DNA from: Candidatus Eiseniibacteriota bacterium
GTDB taxonomy: Bacteria > Eisenbacteria > RBG-16-71-46
Length of the DNA stretch: 59,174 nt
Reading direction: 5' to 3'
Assembly: GCA_044223135.1 (NCBI GenBank)
Contig: JBGAMH010000001.1
Location: 1-59,174 of the forward strand
How positions within the stretch are numbered: position 1 is the stretch's first letter; every line of letters starts with the position of its first letter. The translations under genes and the position numbers were made by a program. The notes under the pieces are model-generated. The model was not told the DNA's origin and did not search any database. It saw only the letters and a program-made list of their open reading frames with translations. Shown piece by piece: positions 43,549 through 52,699 of the stretch.

Positions 43549-45755
43549 GAAATCCCTCCAGCGGGCACCAGCCACGAAAGCTGCACGACGAAGCCTCCAC
43601 CCGCACGCGGGCCCGCCGTCACGCGTGCATCCGGGCCGGCGAAGCGCCGCACGCGCTGTTCCAGGTTCTCCAATCCCACACCCAGCCCGGGAGCGCCGCG
43701 GCCATTCAGCGTGCCGTCGTCGGCGAACTCCATCTCGAACCGGCCCTCCACCATCCGTGCTTCCAGCGTCATGTGCAGACTGTCGGCCCCGGGCGCGAGC
43801 CCGTGCTTGAGACTGTTCTCCACCAGCGGCTGCAGCACCAGCGGCGGCACGCTGGAGGACAGCAGATCGTCGCCGCCGCGGAACTCGAACACCAGCGGGT
43901 TCTCGTAGCGCTCGCGCGCCACGCCCAGGTAGTCCTCGACGAACGCGATCTCGTCCGACAGCAGCGCCGCGGGGCGCTGCCCGGCCTGCACCGCGTAGCG
44001 CAGCATGTCGGCGAGCCGTTCGGTGAAGCGCTGCGCGGCGGGGGGATCGGTCTCGATCAGGTACGCGAGCGCGTTCAGCGCGTTGAACAGGAAGTGCGGC
44101 TGCACCTGCGCCTGCAGCGCGCGCAACTCGGCGCGCGTCGCGGCCTCGCGCATCTCGACGGCCTGGCGCGCGGCGTTCGCGCGCTCGGCGGCGAGCGCCA
44201 GGTTCTCGAGCCGGATGCCCGCCTGCGCGAGCAACGTTTCGAGCGCGCCGCGCGCGTGCTCGGGCGCCTCCTCGGGATCGGCCAGCCGCGGCGCGGCATC
44301 CTCGGGCCACTCGATCGCGAGCGGCCGGCGCAGCCCGCGCGCGATGCCCTGCTCCACGGCGCGACGCACCTCGCCGCGGTCGAGCGCCGACAGCAGGTCG
44401 CGCCCGGCCTGGTCGAGCGCGGCGCGCAACGCCTCGGGGTCGCGGCCGTACACGCGGTTGATCGTGCGCTGCACGCGCTCGCGCAGCGGCGCGAACGCGA
44501 ACGCCACCACGAGCGCCGCCACCACGTTGAATGCCAGCGCCTGTTCGCCGGTCAGCGACGCGAACACGCGCTGGCCGGCCAGCACGACGCCCAGGTAGAT
44601 TGCGGCGAGCAGCCCCGACAGCAGCGCGTACGGCAGGCCGCCCACCACGAGCCGCCGCGGGTCGAACAGCGGGTCGTCGGCGATCAGGTAGGCGATCACC
44701 AGCGGTGTCGACAGCCACGCGATCAGGATGGCCGGGAACACCGCGCGCATGACCTCGTCGGGCACCAGGTCGAGCAGGCGCGGGTCCAGCACGAGCACGT
44801 TGAACGCCGCGCTCGCCAGCAGCACCGCGGCCACGAGCAGCGCGAGCAGGCGCTGCTGGTTCGTCGGACGCCAGTCGGGGCCCTCGCGGCTGTAGCGCTC
44901 CAGCAGCGAGCCGGTGCCCACCACCAGCGCCACCGCCTCGAAGGCGTCGGCCCACGCGGAGGGCGGGCTGTCCTGCAGCAGCGCGCGGCTCACGGCGTGC
45001 ATCACGAACGGCGTCGCGTACGCGGCCACGGTCAGCCAGAACCACGGATTGCGCATGTGCTGGCCGAGCTTCCAGCGCGGCCGCGGGAACATGCACATGA
45101 AGTGCACGAAGCTGGCCGGGTAGAACCACGTCAGCCACTCGTATCCGCGCAGGTACAGCTCGAACGTCGGGGACAGGTCGCCCTGCGCGAAGTGGAATCG
45201 CCGGAAGATCACGCCCGCGCCCTGCACGGCGGCGAACCACAGGAACACCCACGCGGAGGTGAGGTCGGGCCGGCGCCACACCAGCAGGAACGCCACGAGC
45301 GGCGCCGCGATGACCGCGGCGATCGGGTACGTCCACAGGCGCAGGCGCTGCCACGGCGACATCCGCACCGGCGGCACCTGCAGCGTGAGGTTCTGCCCGT
45401 CGCGGCGCACGGTGAGTGCGAGCGTCTCGCGCGGCCAGCTCTTCGCGGGCATCCGGCTGCGCGCGGCCGAGTCGCCCAGCGCGACGCCGTTGATCGCCAC
45501 CAGCGTGTCGCCCTTCTCGAGCAGTCCGCGCGCCGGCGGGCCGACCACGGCCTGCACGTCGCCCGAGCGCCCCACGTCGGCGCCGAGGCGCGGGTAGGGC
45601 GTGTGCGTGAGGAACCGCGGCAGCATGATCGCGGCGGCCAGCAGGACGGCGGCCAGCGCCAGGGCGCGGCGTGTGCGGATATCCGGCTTCACGCGTGGCA
45701 CCTTCGCACGGGTGGGATTCGTCGGGTGGACATCGAGGTGGTTTCCTGTGGGCAC
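43545..45755 (-). CDS. LytS-type (His_kinase family) sensor kinase with N-terminal PDZ-like domain
   Basis: PDZ-like segment GLLEKGDTLVAINGVALGD..LALTVRRDGQNLTLQV, followed by multiple transmembrane helices. Motifs QVQPHFLFNALNALAYLIETDP and LVLQPLVENSLKHG. The GTG start at 45755 is uncertain. Confidence 0.8.
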   Translation of the reverse strand: MPTGNHLDVHPTNPTRAKVPRVKPDIRTRRALALAAVLLAAAIMLPRFLTHTPYPRLGADVGRSGDVQAVVGPPARGLLEKGDTLVAINGVALGDSAARSRMPAKSWPRETLALTVRRDGQNLTLQVPPVRMSPWQRLRLWTYPIAAVIAAPLVAFLLVWRRPDLTSAWVFLWFAAVQGAGVIFRRFHFAQGDLSPTFELYLRGYEWLTWFYPASFVHFMCMFPRPRWKLGQHMRNPWFWLTVAAYATPFVMHAVSRALLQDSPPSAWADAFEAVALVVGTGSLLERYSREGPDWRPTNQQRLLALLVAAVLLASAAFNVLVLDPRLLDLVPDEVMRAVFPAILIAWLSTPLVIAYLIADDPLFDPRRLVVGGLPYALLSGLLAAIYLGVVLAGQRVFASLTGEQALAFNVVAALVVAFAFAPLRERVQRTINRVYGRDPEALRAALDQAGRDLLSALDRGEVRRAVEQGIARGLRRPLAIEWPEDAAPRLADPEEAPEHARGALETLLAQAGIRLENLALAAERANAARQAVEMREAATRAELRALQAQVQPHFLFNALNALAYLIETDPPAAQRFTERLADMLRYAVQAGQRPAALLSDEIAFVEDYLGVARERYENPLVFEFRGGDDLLSSSVPPLVLQPLVENSLKHGLAPGADSLHMTLEARMVEGRFEMEFADDGTLNGRGAPGLGVGLENLEQRVRRFAGPDARVTAGPRAGGGFVVQLSWLVPAGGIS

Positions 45756-46074
45756 GCAGCGTGCGGCCTCGCGCGGTCCCGCGGCCAGCGGCCCCTCACG
45801 AGCGCGGCGCGCGCCACGCCGAGCGAGTGTCCGGACCGCGCAAAGCCCCGTCCGGGCCCGACAATTGCGTGCACCTGCGGAAAGCCGCTGATAGACTGCG
45901 GCCCCGATTCCGGGCAGGAACAGCCGGTCCCGCTCGTGTGACCGGCGGATCGCCTTCGCTCGCCGATCCGTCCGGATCGCCCGCGCCCCGCGCGGGCTTC
46001 ACCCGAGCCGCCGGCCGCTCCGGCCTCGACCCCCGCGCAGCCCACCGGCGAGGCGGGATTCCAGGAGGTTCACG

Positions 46075-47535
46075 TTGAAGTTCGGATCGCGCGCCGCACT
46101 GGCCGCCTTGCTGGTGCTCGCCCTCGCTTCTGTCTTCGCCGCCCACGCCGCCACGCCGTCGCGCGCCGCGCGCCCGACGACGCCGGCGACGCCCACGCCC
46201 ACGCCGGCCGCCCCGGTCCGTCCGGCCGCGGGCACGCCGCCCGCCCCGGCCGCCGGCGAGGACGAGTCCGTGGACGCCGTGGCCGCCACGGTGAACGACG
46301 AAGTCGTGCTGATGAGCGACGTCGAGGAGCAGCTCTACCTGTTCCTGCAGCGCTCCAACGCGCGCCCGTCCGACGTGGAGCTGGACACGCTCCGCAAGGC
46401 CGTTCTGAACCAGCTCATCGACGAGCGCCTGATCCTGGCCGAGGCCAAGCGCCAGAACATCACCGTGCCCGACGCCGAGGTGGCGAAGCAGGTGGACGCC
46501 GCGATCGACGACGCGAAGCAGCGGCTGGGCAGCGAGGCCGCCTACCTGGAGCAGCTCAAGCGCGAGAACACCACCGAGGCCCGCCTGCGCGAGAAGTACC
46601 GCGGCGAGGTCACGCGCCAGATGCAGGAGCAGCGGCTCGTGCAGAAGATGTTCCCGAAGCGCGCGGTGCCGATGGCCGAGGCCGAGGCCTACTTCAAGGC
46701 GCACCCGGACCAGTTCCCGAAGGTGCCCGGGCAGCTGCGCCTGCAGGTGATCCAGATCCCGCCGACGCCGGATTCGATGGCGCTCGTGCGCGGCAAGCAG
46801 AAGATCGAGGGCATCCGCCGGCGCATCACCACCGGCGGCGAGAAGTTCGCGAAGGTGGCGCCCGAGGTGTCCGACGACCCGGGCTCGGCCCGTTCCGGCG
46901 GCGACCTGGGCTTCTTCACGCGCGGCCAGATGGACCCCACGGTCGAGAAGGCCGCGTTCGAGGGCAAGCTCAACACGGTGAGCGCGCCGGTGCTGTCGTC
47001 GTACGGCTGGCACCTCGTGGAGCCGCTCGAGCGCGACACGGTGAAGGCCATGTCGGGCCGCGACTCGCTCGACGCCGAGGGCAAGCCGCTGCTCGAGGTG
47101 CACGCGCGGCACATCCTGGTGCGCGTCACGCCCGAGGACGCGGACGTCGAGCGCGCCCGCGCGCTGGCGGATCGCGTGCGCGACGAGGCCGTGCGCGGCA
47201 CCAACTTCGGCGTGCTGGCGCGCCGCTACAGCAAGTACAACGGCCCCGCCGACGAGCAGGGCGACGTGGGCTTCGTGTCGGTGGGCAACCTGCAGCCGCA
47301 GATCCGCGCCGGCCTCGACTCGCTCGAGGTGGGCCAGGTCAGCGAAGTGCTGGTGAACCAGTCGGGCTTCAACATCTTCAAGGTCGTGGACAAGAAGCCG
47401 GAACGCGAGTACTCGGTGGAGGAGATCCGCGAGGAGCTCCCCGATGCCGTGGCGCAGATCCAGTTCCGCGAGAAGTACGACGTGTGGGTCAAGACCCTGC
47501 GGGCCAAGGCGACGATCGACATCAAGAGCCTCTGA
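46075..47535 (+). CDS. SurA-like periplasmic chaperone/peptidyl-prolyl isomerase (two parvulin-like domains)
   Basis: TTG start 6 nt after AGGAGG, with a signal peptide and a Pro/Thr-rich linker. SurA-N segment VNDEVVLMSDVEEQLYLF..LIDERLILAEAKRQNI. Rotamase segments GDLGFFTRGQM..SSYGWHLVEP and GFVSVGNLQP..QSGFNIFKVVD. Confidence 0.85.
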   Translation: MKFGSRAALAALLVLALASVFAAHAATPSRAARPTTPATPTPTPAAPVRPAAGTPPAPAAGEDESVDAVAATVNDEVVLMSDVEEQLYLFLQRSNARPSDVELDTLRKAVLNQLIDERLILAEAKRQNITVPDAEVAKQVDAAIDDAKQRLGSEAAYLEQLKRENTTEARLREKYRGEVTRQMQEQRLVQKMFPKRAVPMAEAEAYFKAHPDQFPKVPGQLRLQVIQIPPTPDSMALVRGKQKIEGIRRRITTGGEKFAKVAPEVSDDPGSARSGGDLGFFTRGQMDPTVEKAAFEGKLNTVSAPVLSSYGWHLVEPLERDTVKAMSGRDSLDAEGKPLLEVHARHILVRVTPEDADVERARALADRVRDEAVRGTNFGVLARRYSKYNGPADEQGDVGFVSVGNLQPQIRAGLDSLEVGQVSEVLVNQSGFNIFKVVDKKPEREYSVEEIREELPDAVAQIQFREKYDVWVKTLRAKATIDIKSL

Positions 47536-47583
47536 CCCGCTGTCCGTGAATCTTGCGGCCGCCCAGGGAGGGGCGTGAACGCG

Positions 47584-48321
47584 ATGATCACCTTCGAGCA
47601 CGTGACGAAGCGCTACGGAGAGCGGCTGGCCCTGGACGACGTGAACTGGCGTCTGTCCGAGGGCGAGTGCGTCAGCGTGGTCGGCCACAGCGCCGCCGGC
47701 AAGACCACGCTCCTGCGCCTGATCACCCACGAGACGCTGCCCACTTCGGGCAGCGTCGCCGTGGGCACGTTCCGCAGCGGCAACCTGTCGCGGGCGCAGC
47801 GGGCTCTGCTGCGCCGCACGATCGGCGTGATCTACGAGGACTTCCGCCTGCTGCCCGACCGCAGCGCGTTCGAGAACGTGGCGCTGGCGGTGCGCATCGC
47901 CGGCCACTTCGCGGACGCCGAGGTGATCCCGCGCGTGATGTACGCGCTCGAGGAAGTCGGGCTCAAGGACAAGCAGACGGCGCTCCCCTCGGAGCTGTCG
48001 TTCGGCGAGAAGCAGCGGTGCGCCATCGCGCGCGCGATCGTCAACCGGCCCGCGCTGCTGCTGGCCGACGAGCCGACGGGCGCGCTGGAACCCAAGAGCG
48101 CCGGCGAAGTGCTGGCGCTGCTCAAGCGCATCCACGCCGACGGCGCCGCGCTGATCGTGGGCACGACGCGGCCCGAGGTGGCCGAGGCCGTGGGCGGCAC
48201 GCGCTACACCCTTCTCGAGGGCCGGCTCACGCGCGAGGGGCAGGCGGCCGCGGCGTACGCGCCGCCGTCGTCGTCCGCGCCGCCCGCGCACCCGTTCGCT
48301 CCGCCGGGAGGGCCGCTCTGA
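47584..48321 (+). CDS. ftsE: cell-division ABC ATPase FtsE
   Basis: N-terminus MITFEHVTKRYG, Walker A GHSAAGKTT, signature LSFGEKQR, Walker B LLLADEPTG. Immediately followed by ftsX. The alternative GTG start is at 47575. Confidence 0.88.
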   Translation: MITFEHVTKRYGERLALDDVNWRLSEGECVSVVGHSAAGKTTLLRLITHETLPTSGSVAVGTFRSGNLSRAQRALLRRTIGVIYEDFRLLPDRSAFENVALAVRIAGHFADAEVIPRVMYALEEVGLKDKQTALPSELSFGEKQRCAIARAIVNRPALLLADEPTGALEPKSAGEVLALLKRIHADGAALIVGTTRPEVAEAVGGTRYTLLEGRLTREGQAAAAYAPPSSSAPPAHPFAPPGGPL

Positions 48322-49178
48322 TGCACCTGTTCTTCTGGAAGGAAGCCTGGCGCTCGCTGAACGCGCACCGCGGCCTCGCGTGGACGGCGGTGTTCTCGCT
48401 GACGGCGGCGCTGACGCTGGTGGGCCTGCTGCTGACGCTGTCGTGGAACGCCCGCCAGGCGCTGCACGCGATCGGCGACCGGCGCGAGATGATCGTGTAC
48501 CTGCGCGACGACGTGAGCGAGGCGCAGATGCAGCCGCTCGTGGAGCGCGTGCGCCAGTACTACGGCGCGCCCACGTACGTGAGCCGCGCACAGGCGTGGG
48601 AGGAGTTCTCGCAGCAGGTGGGCGACCCCGAGCTGCTGAAGGCCGTCGACCAGAACCCGCTGCCCGCGTCGCTGCGCATCAAGCTCAAGCCGGAGCTGCT
48701 CAGCTACCCCGCGATGGAGCAGGCCGCGCAGCAGCTGTCGCAGCTGCCGGAGGTCGAAGACGTGCGCTACGGCGCGGAGTGGGTGCGCCGGCTCGACGAC
48801 GTGAGCGGCGCGCTGCACCGCAGCACGGTGGCCGTGGGGCTGGTGGTGGCGCTCGCGATCGTGTTCATCCTCACGAACACGCTGCGACTGACCGTGCTCG
48901 CTCGGCGCCAGCAGGTGGAGATCATGACCAAGCTGGGCGCCACGGACCGCTTCGTGGCGATCCCGTTCGTGATCGAGGCCGTGCTCCAGGTGCTCGTGGC
49001 CGCCATGTTCGCGCTGCTGATCACGTTCGCGCTGCAGCAGGCCGTGGCCACGCGCGTGACGGGGATCGAGTTCCTGCCGCCGCTGTGGATGGCCGCGTTC
49101 GTGGGAGGCGCCGTCGTGCTGGGCTGGGCGGCCGGCAGCTGGGTGCTCATGCGCGCGCTGCGGCACACCGGCGCATGA
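48321..49178 (+). CDS. ftsX: cell-division permease-like protein FtsX
   Basis: The ATG shares one base with the ftsE TGA (TGATG). Layout is one transmembrane segment, a periplasmic domain and three C-terminal transmembrane segments (VAVGLVVALAIVFILTNTLRL and others). Confidence 0.88.
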   Translation: MHLFFWKEAWRSLNAHRGLAWTAVFSLTAALTLVGLLLTLSWNARQALHAIGDRREMIVYLRDDVSEAQMQPLVERVRQYYGAPTYVSRAQAWEEFSQQVGDPELLKAVDQNPLPASLRIKLKPELLSYPAMEQAAQQLSQLPEVEDVRYGAEWVRRLDDVSGALHRSTVAVGLVVALAIVFILTNTLRLTVLARRQQVEIMTKLGATDRFVAIPFVIEAVLQVLVAAMFALLITFALQQAVATRVTGIEFLPPLWMAAFVGGAVVLGWAAGSWVLMRALRHTGA

Positions 49179-50359
49179 TGCGGCGCCTCGGGCTCGTGCT
49201 GTTCGCCGCGCTGCTGATGGCGGCGCCGGTGCTCGCGCAGCAGGACAGCGTGGAGCAGGCCGAGCGCCGCCGCCTGGAGCAGCTCACGCGGCAGGCGCGC
49301 GAGAAGCGCGAGGCCGCCACGCGGCTGCGCGGGCAGGAGAACCGCGCGCTCGGCGAGCTCAAGCGCACCGAGCGCGAACTGGGCCTGACGCGCCGCCGCC
49401 TGCAGCAGCTCACGAGCAAGCAGCGCACGCTCGACACGCAGCTCGACGTGACGCGCGCGAACCTGGAACGCAGCATCGTGTCGCTGAACGCGCAGCGCGA
49501 CCGCCTGCGCAAGCGGCTGCGCAACCTCTACAAGTACGGCCCGGCGCGCGAGCTGGAGTACCTGCTGTCCACGCGCTCGTTCGGACAGCTCATGGCGCGC
49601 TGGGACTTCCTCACCATGGTGGCGCAGCAGGACCGCTACCTGCTCGAGGGGGTGCGCGCCGAGAAGGAGCAGGTCGAGGCCGACAAGCACCGGCTCGAGT
49701 CGAACCTCACGCAGGTGCAGCAGAACGCCAAGGAGACGTCGAAGACGTCCGCGAAGTTGGCCGACCTGCGCTCGCAGCGCGCGCGCAACGTGAAGGCGAT
49801 CCAGACGCAGCGCGAGGCGTACGAGGCGGCCGCGGCCGACCTCGAGCGCGCCGCCCGCCGCACGCAGGCGCTGCTCGCGCGGCTCGAGCGCCAGCGCCGC
49901 GAGGAGGCCGATCGCGCGCGTGCGCAGGGCCGCAATCCGCAGCCCTACTCGGGCGACTTCGCGAAGGGGCAGGGCCAGCTCGACTGGCCGGTGCGCGGCC
50001 CGGTGGTGGGCCGCTTCGGTCTCGAGACGCATCCGCGCTTCGGCACGAAGGTCAACAACGACGGCATCGACATCCAGGTGGCGGTGGGCACCGCGGTGCG
50101 CGCGGTGGCGAAAGGCCGCGTGGACTTCGCGAGCGACGACTACGAGGGCATGGGCGGCCTGGTGGTGCTGAACCACGGCGACGGCTACTTCACGGTGTAC
50201 GGCCACCTGTCGGGCGTGTCGGTGAAGAACGCGCAGGAGGTGCTGCCGGGCGCGGTGATCGGCCGCTCCGGCGAGGTCGGCTCGCTGAAGGGCCCGGTGC
50301 TGCACTTCGAAGTGCGCAAGGGCTCCGCCGCGATGAACCCGGAGAGCTGGCTGCAGTAG
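49175..50359 (+). CDS. envC: EnvC-like murein hydrolase activator (coiled coil + degenerate LytM/M23 domain)
   Basis: The ATG overlaps the ftsX TGA (ATGA). It has a signal peptide and a long coiled coil. The C-terminus DWPVRGPVVGRFG..GIDIQVAVGTAVRAVAKGRV..VLNHGDGYFTVYGHL..LHFEVR lacks the first catalytic His context. Confidence 0.85.
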   Translation: MMRRLGLVLFAALLMAAPVLAQQDSVEQAERRRLEQLTRQAREKREAATRLRGQENRALGELKRTERELGLTRRRLQQLTSKQRTLDTQLDVTRANLERSIVSLNAQRDRLRKRLRNLYKYGPARELEYLLSTRSFGQLMARWDFLTMVAQQDRYLLEGVRAEKEQVEADKHRLESNLTQVQQNAKETSKTSAKLADLRSQRARNVKAIQTQREAYEAAAADLERAARRTQALLARLERQRREEADRARAQGRNPQPYSGDFAKGQGQLDWPVRGPVVGRFGLETHPRFGTKVNNDGIDIQVAVGTAVRAVAKGRVDFASDDYEGMGGLVVLNHGDGYFTVYGHLSGVSVKNAQEVLPGAVIGRSGEVGSLKGPVLHFEVRKGSAAMNPESWLQ

Positions 50360-50437
50360 CACGCCGGCGGATCGCCTCGAGCATGGGGCGCCGACGGGGA
50401 GTGCTCCGGCAGGGGCCGCTCCGTCGCGCGGCAGCCG

Positions 50438-51964
50438 CTACGCGCCGAAGATCTCGTCGAGCGTCTTCGTGAGTTCCGCGCGCGTGTGCGGCTTGCGCAG
50501 CGTCCGCGTCACGCCGTGCGCGCGCAGCATCTCCGGGTCCGCCGTCTGCGCCAGCCCCGAGATCAGCAGCACCGGCACGTCCGCGCGCGTCGCACGCACG
50601 CGCATGGACAGCTCCAGCCCCGTCAGCAGTGGCATCGTGTTGTCGGTGATCACCAGGTCGTACGACTCCGGGCTCGCCTGGAAGTCCTCCCACGCCTCCA
50701 CCGCCGACGCCCGCGCCGTCACGCGCAGCCCCAGCGACTCCAGCTGGCGTCGCAGCATCGACAGCAGCTCGGCCTCGTCGTCCACCAGCAGCACGTGGTG
50801 CGCGGACGCCGGCAACGCCTCCGCCGGGAGCGGCGCCGGCTCGGCCGGGCTCTCCGCGTGCGCCGGAAGGTAGACGTCCATGCGCGTGCCGCGCCCCACT
50901 TCGCTCTGCACGTCCACGAACCCTCCGTGCGCGTGCACGATGCCGTGGATCACCGACAGCCCCAGCCCCGTGCCGAGCCCCACCGGCTTCGTGGTGAAGA
51001 ACGGTTCGAACGCCCGCCGCAGCACCTCCGGTGGCATGCCCTGGCCGGTGTCCTTCACCGTGAGTCGCGCATAGCGCCCCGGGCGCAGCGCCGGTCGCGA
51101 AGCCGCGAGCGCTTCGTCCACCACCGCCAGCGACAGCCGCACCTCCAGCGTGCCGCCCTCCGGCATCGCGTGCGCGGCGTTCGTCGCCAGGTTCATCAGC
51201 ACCTGATGGATCGACGTCTCGTCCGACAGCACTTCGGGCGTGGCCGGGTCCAGCGCATCGAGCATCCGGATCGTCGTCGGCAGCGTCGCGCGCAGCAGGT
51301 GCAGCACCTCGCGCACGGAGCGGTCCAGCCGCACGGGCACGCGCGGCGCCTCGTTCGGGCGGCTGAACGACAGGATGCGCTGCACCAGCAGCCGTCCTCG
51401 GTCGGCCGCCTTCAGCACCTGTGCGAGGTCCTCGTGCAGCGAGTCGGGCAGGTTCGGCGAGTCCGCGATGAGTTCGGTGTAGCCGATGATGCCCAGCAGC
51501 ACGTTGTTGAAGTCGTGCGCGATGCCGCCCGCGAGCGTACCGATGGCCTCCATCTTCTGCGAGTGCCGCACGCGTTCCTCGATGCGCCGGCGGCCGCTGA
51601 TGTCCACCACCGAAGCGAGCACGATCAGGCCGTCGGGCCGGTTCACGGGGTTCAGCCCGATCTCCACCGGGAACTCGGTGCCGTCGCGGTGCAGGCCGTA
51701 CAGGTCGCGTCCCTCGCCCATGGGGCGCGTCTGCGCGTGCGAGGCATAGCCCGCGCGATGACCCGGATGATGTGTCCGGAAGCGACCGGGCACGAGCTTC
51801 TCGATCGGCTCGCCGATCAGCTCGTCGAGCGTGTAGCCGAACAGGCGCTGCACTTCGGCGTTCGCGAGCCGGATGCGACCCTCGCCGTCCACGGCGAGCA
51901 TGCCGGACGGCGACAGATCGAAGGCGAGCCGGAACAGGTCGGCGTGGGGTTGCTGCGGAACCAT
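50438..51964 (-). CDS. hybrid sensor histidine kinase/response regulator (PAS-HisKA-HATPase-REC)
   Basis: PAS segment FDLSPSGMLAVDGEGRIRLANAEVQRLFGY, H-box AIGTLAGGIAHDFNNVL, then HATPase_c. REC motifs HVLLVDDE, DLVITDNTMP and LRKPH. Confidence 0.9.
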   Translation of the reverse strand: MVPQQPHADLFRLAFDLSPSGMLAVDGEGRIRLANAEVQRLFGYTLDELIGEPIEKLVPGRFRTHHPGHRAGYASHAQTRPMGEGRDLYGLHRDGTEFPVEIGLNPVNRPDGLIVLASVVDISGRRRIEERVRHSQKMEAIGTLAGGIAHDFNNVLLGIIGYTELIADSPNLPDSLHEDLAQVLKAADRGRLLVQRILSFSRPNEAPRVPVRLDRSVREVLHLLRATLPTTIRMLDALDPATPEVLSDETSIHQVLMNLATNAAHAMPEGGTLEVRLSLAVVDEALAASRPALRPGRYARLTVKDTGQGMPPEVLRRAFEPFFTTKPVGLGTGLGLSVIHGIVHAHGGFVDVQSEVGRGTRMDVYLPAHAESPAEPAPLPAEALPASAHHVLLVDDEAELLSMLRRQLESLGLRVTARASAVEAWEDFQASPESYDLVITDNTMPLLTGLELSMRVRATRADVPVLLISGLAQTADPEMLRAHGVTRTLRKPHTRAELTKTLDEIFGA

Positions 51965-52188
51965 GTGCGGACGCTCCTCACGGGGGGAGACCAGCTCGAA
52001 GGGGCCGGCGCGCGCACTATGCCCCAACCGGAGAACGACTCCAACGGATTACTCACTCCCCTGTGCGACATGAGGTTGACGACTTCCTACCATGTCGGCC
52101 GAGGAGCACGTGCTAGGCTCCGCGCCGTTCTCCAGTCGACCCCGCCAGCCGCCGATACCGCGGGCGTCCCGCTGCACCCGGAGGTTCC

Positions 52189-52590
52189 GTGATCCGTCGC
52201 TCGCGCTGGTACCCCGTCGTCGCGCTGGTCAGCACGCTCGTGCTGCTGGTGGCGGCCGACGTGTGCCTGCTCGTGACGTGCGCACCCCGGGCGCGCGACG
52301 CGGCGCGTTGCGCGCACTGCGCGATGCCGGCGCCCTCCACGAAGGCGCCGCTCGCCGGCCACGGCGCCGACACGAACGCGCCGTGCTGCGTGCAGCTGAC
52401 GCTGGCCAGCGCACCCACCGTGACCGCTCCCGCCGCGGCGCCCGCGCACTTCGCCCCGGCGCTGCTGGCGTTCGCCGTGTCCGCACCCGCCCCCGTGATG
52501 GCGCGCTTCGAGCCGCCGCGCGACGAAGCACCCCCGCCCACACGCGAAGCACTCGATCCGCGCGCCGAGCGCGGACCTCCCTCCTGCTGA
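52189..52590 (+). CDS. small Cys-containing membrane protein leading the efflux operon
   Basis: 133 aa. GTG start 4 nt after GGAGG, with very high GC3. Transmembrane segment WYPVVALVSTLVLLVAADVCLLV. Cys motifs CAHCAMP and APCCVQL. Confidence 0.55.
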   Translation: MIRRSRWYPVVALVSTLVLLVAADVCLLVTCAPRARDAARCAHCAMPAPSTKAPLAGHGADTNAPCCVQLTLASAPTVTAPAAAPAHFAPALLAFAVSAPAPVMARFEPPRDEAPPPTREALDPRAERGPPSC

Positions 52591-52699
52591 ACTCCGCCGG
52601 GCACTGACCCGGCCCGCGCCGCACGTGCGTCCGCACGCGCGGCAGTCGTCGCTTTCGCCCTTCCGCCGCGCGGAAGGCACGACGCCCGGAGGCAGCACG

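Noticed and set aside
45796-48591. 931-aa minus-strand ORF opposite surA-like, ftsE and ftsX
   Set aside because: Shadow ORF spanning three well-supported plus-strand genes.
22103-52119. Recurring CTAGGCT(T/C)C upstream of three plus-strand operons (22103, 27925, 52113), considered as a shared regulatory site
   Set aside because: TAGGCT fits a generic TAnnnT -10 hexamer. Only the copy at 27926 has a convincing -35 partner. Three short hits are too few to call a motif.
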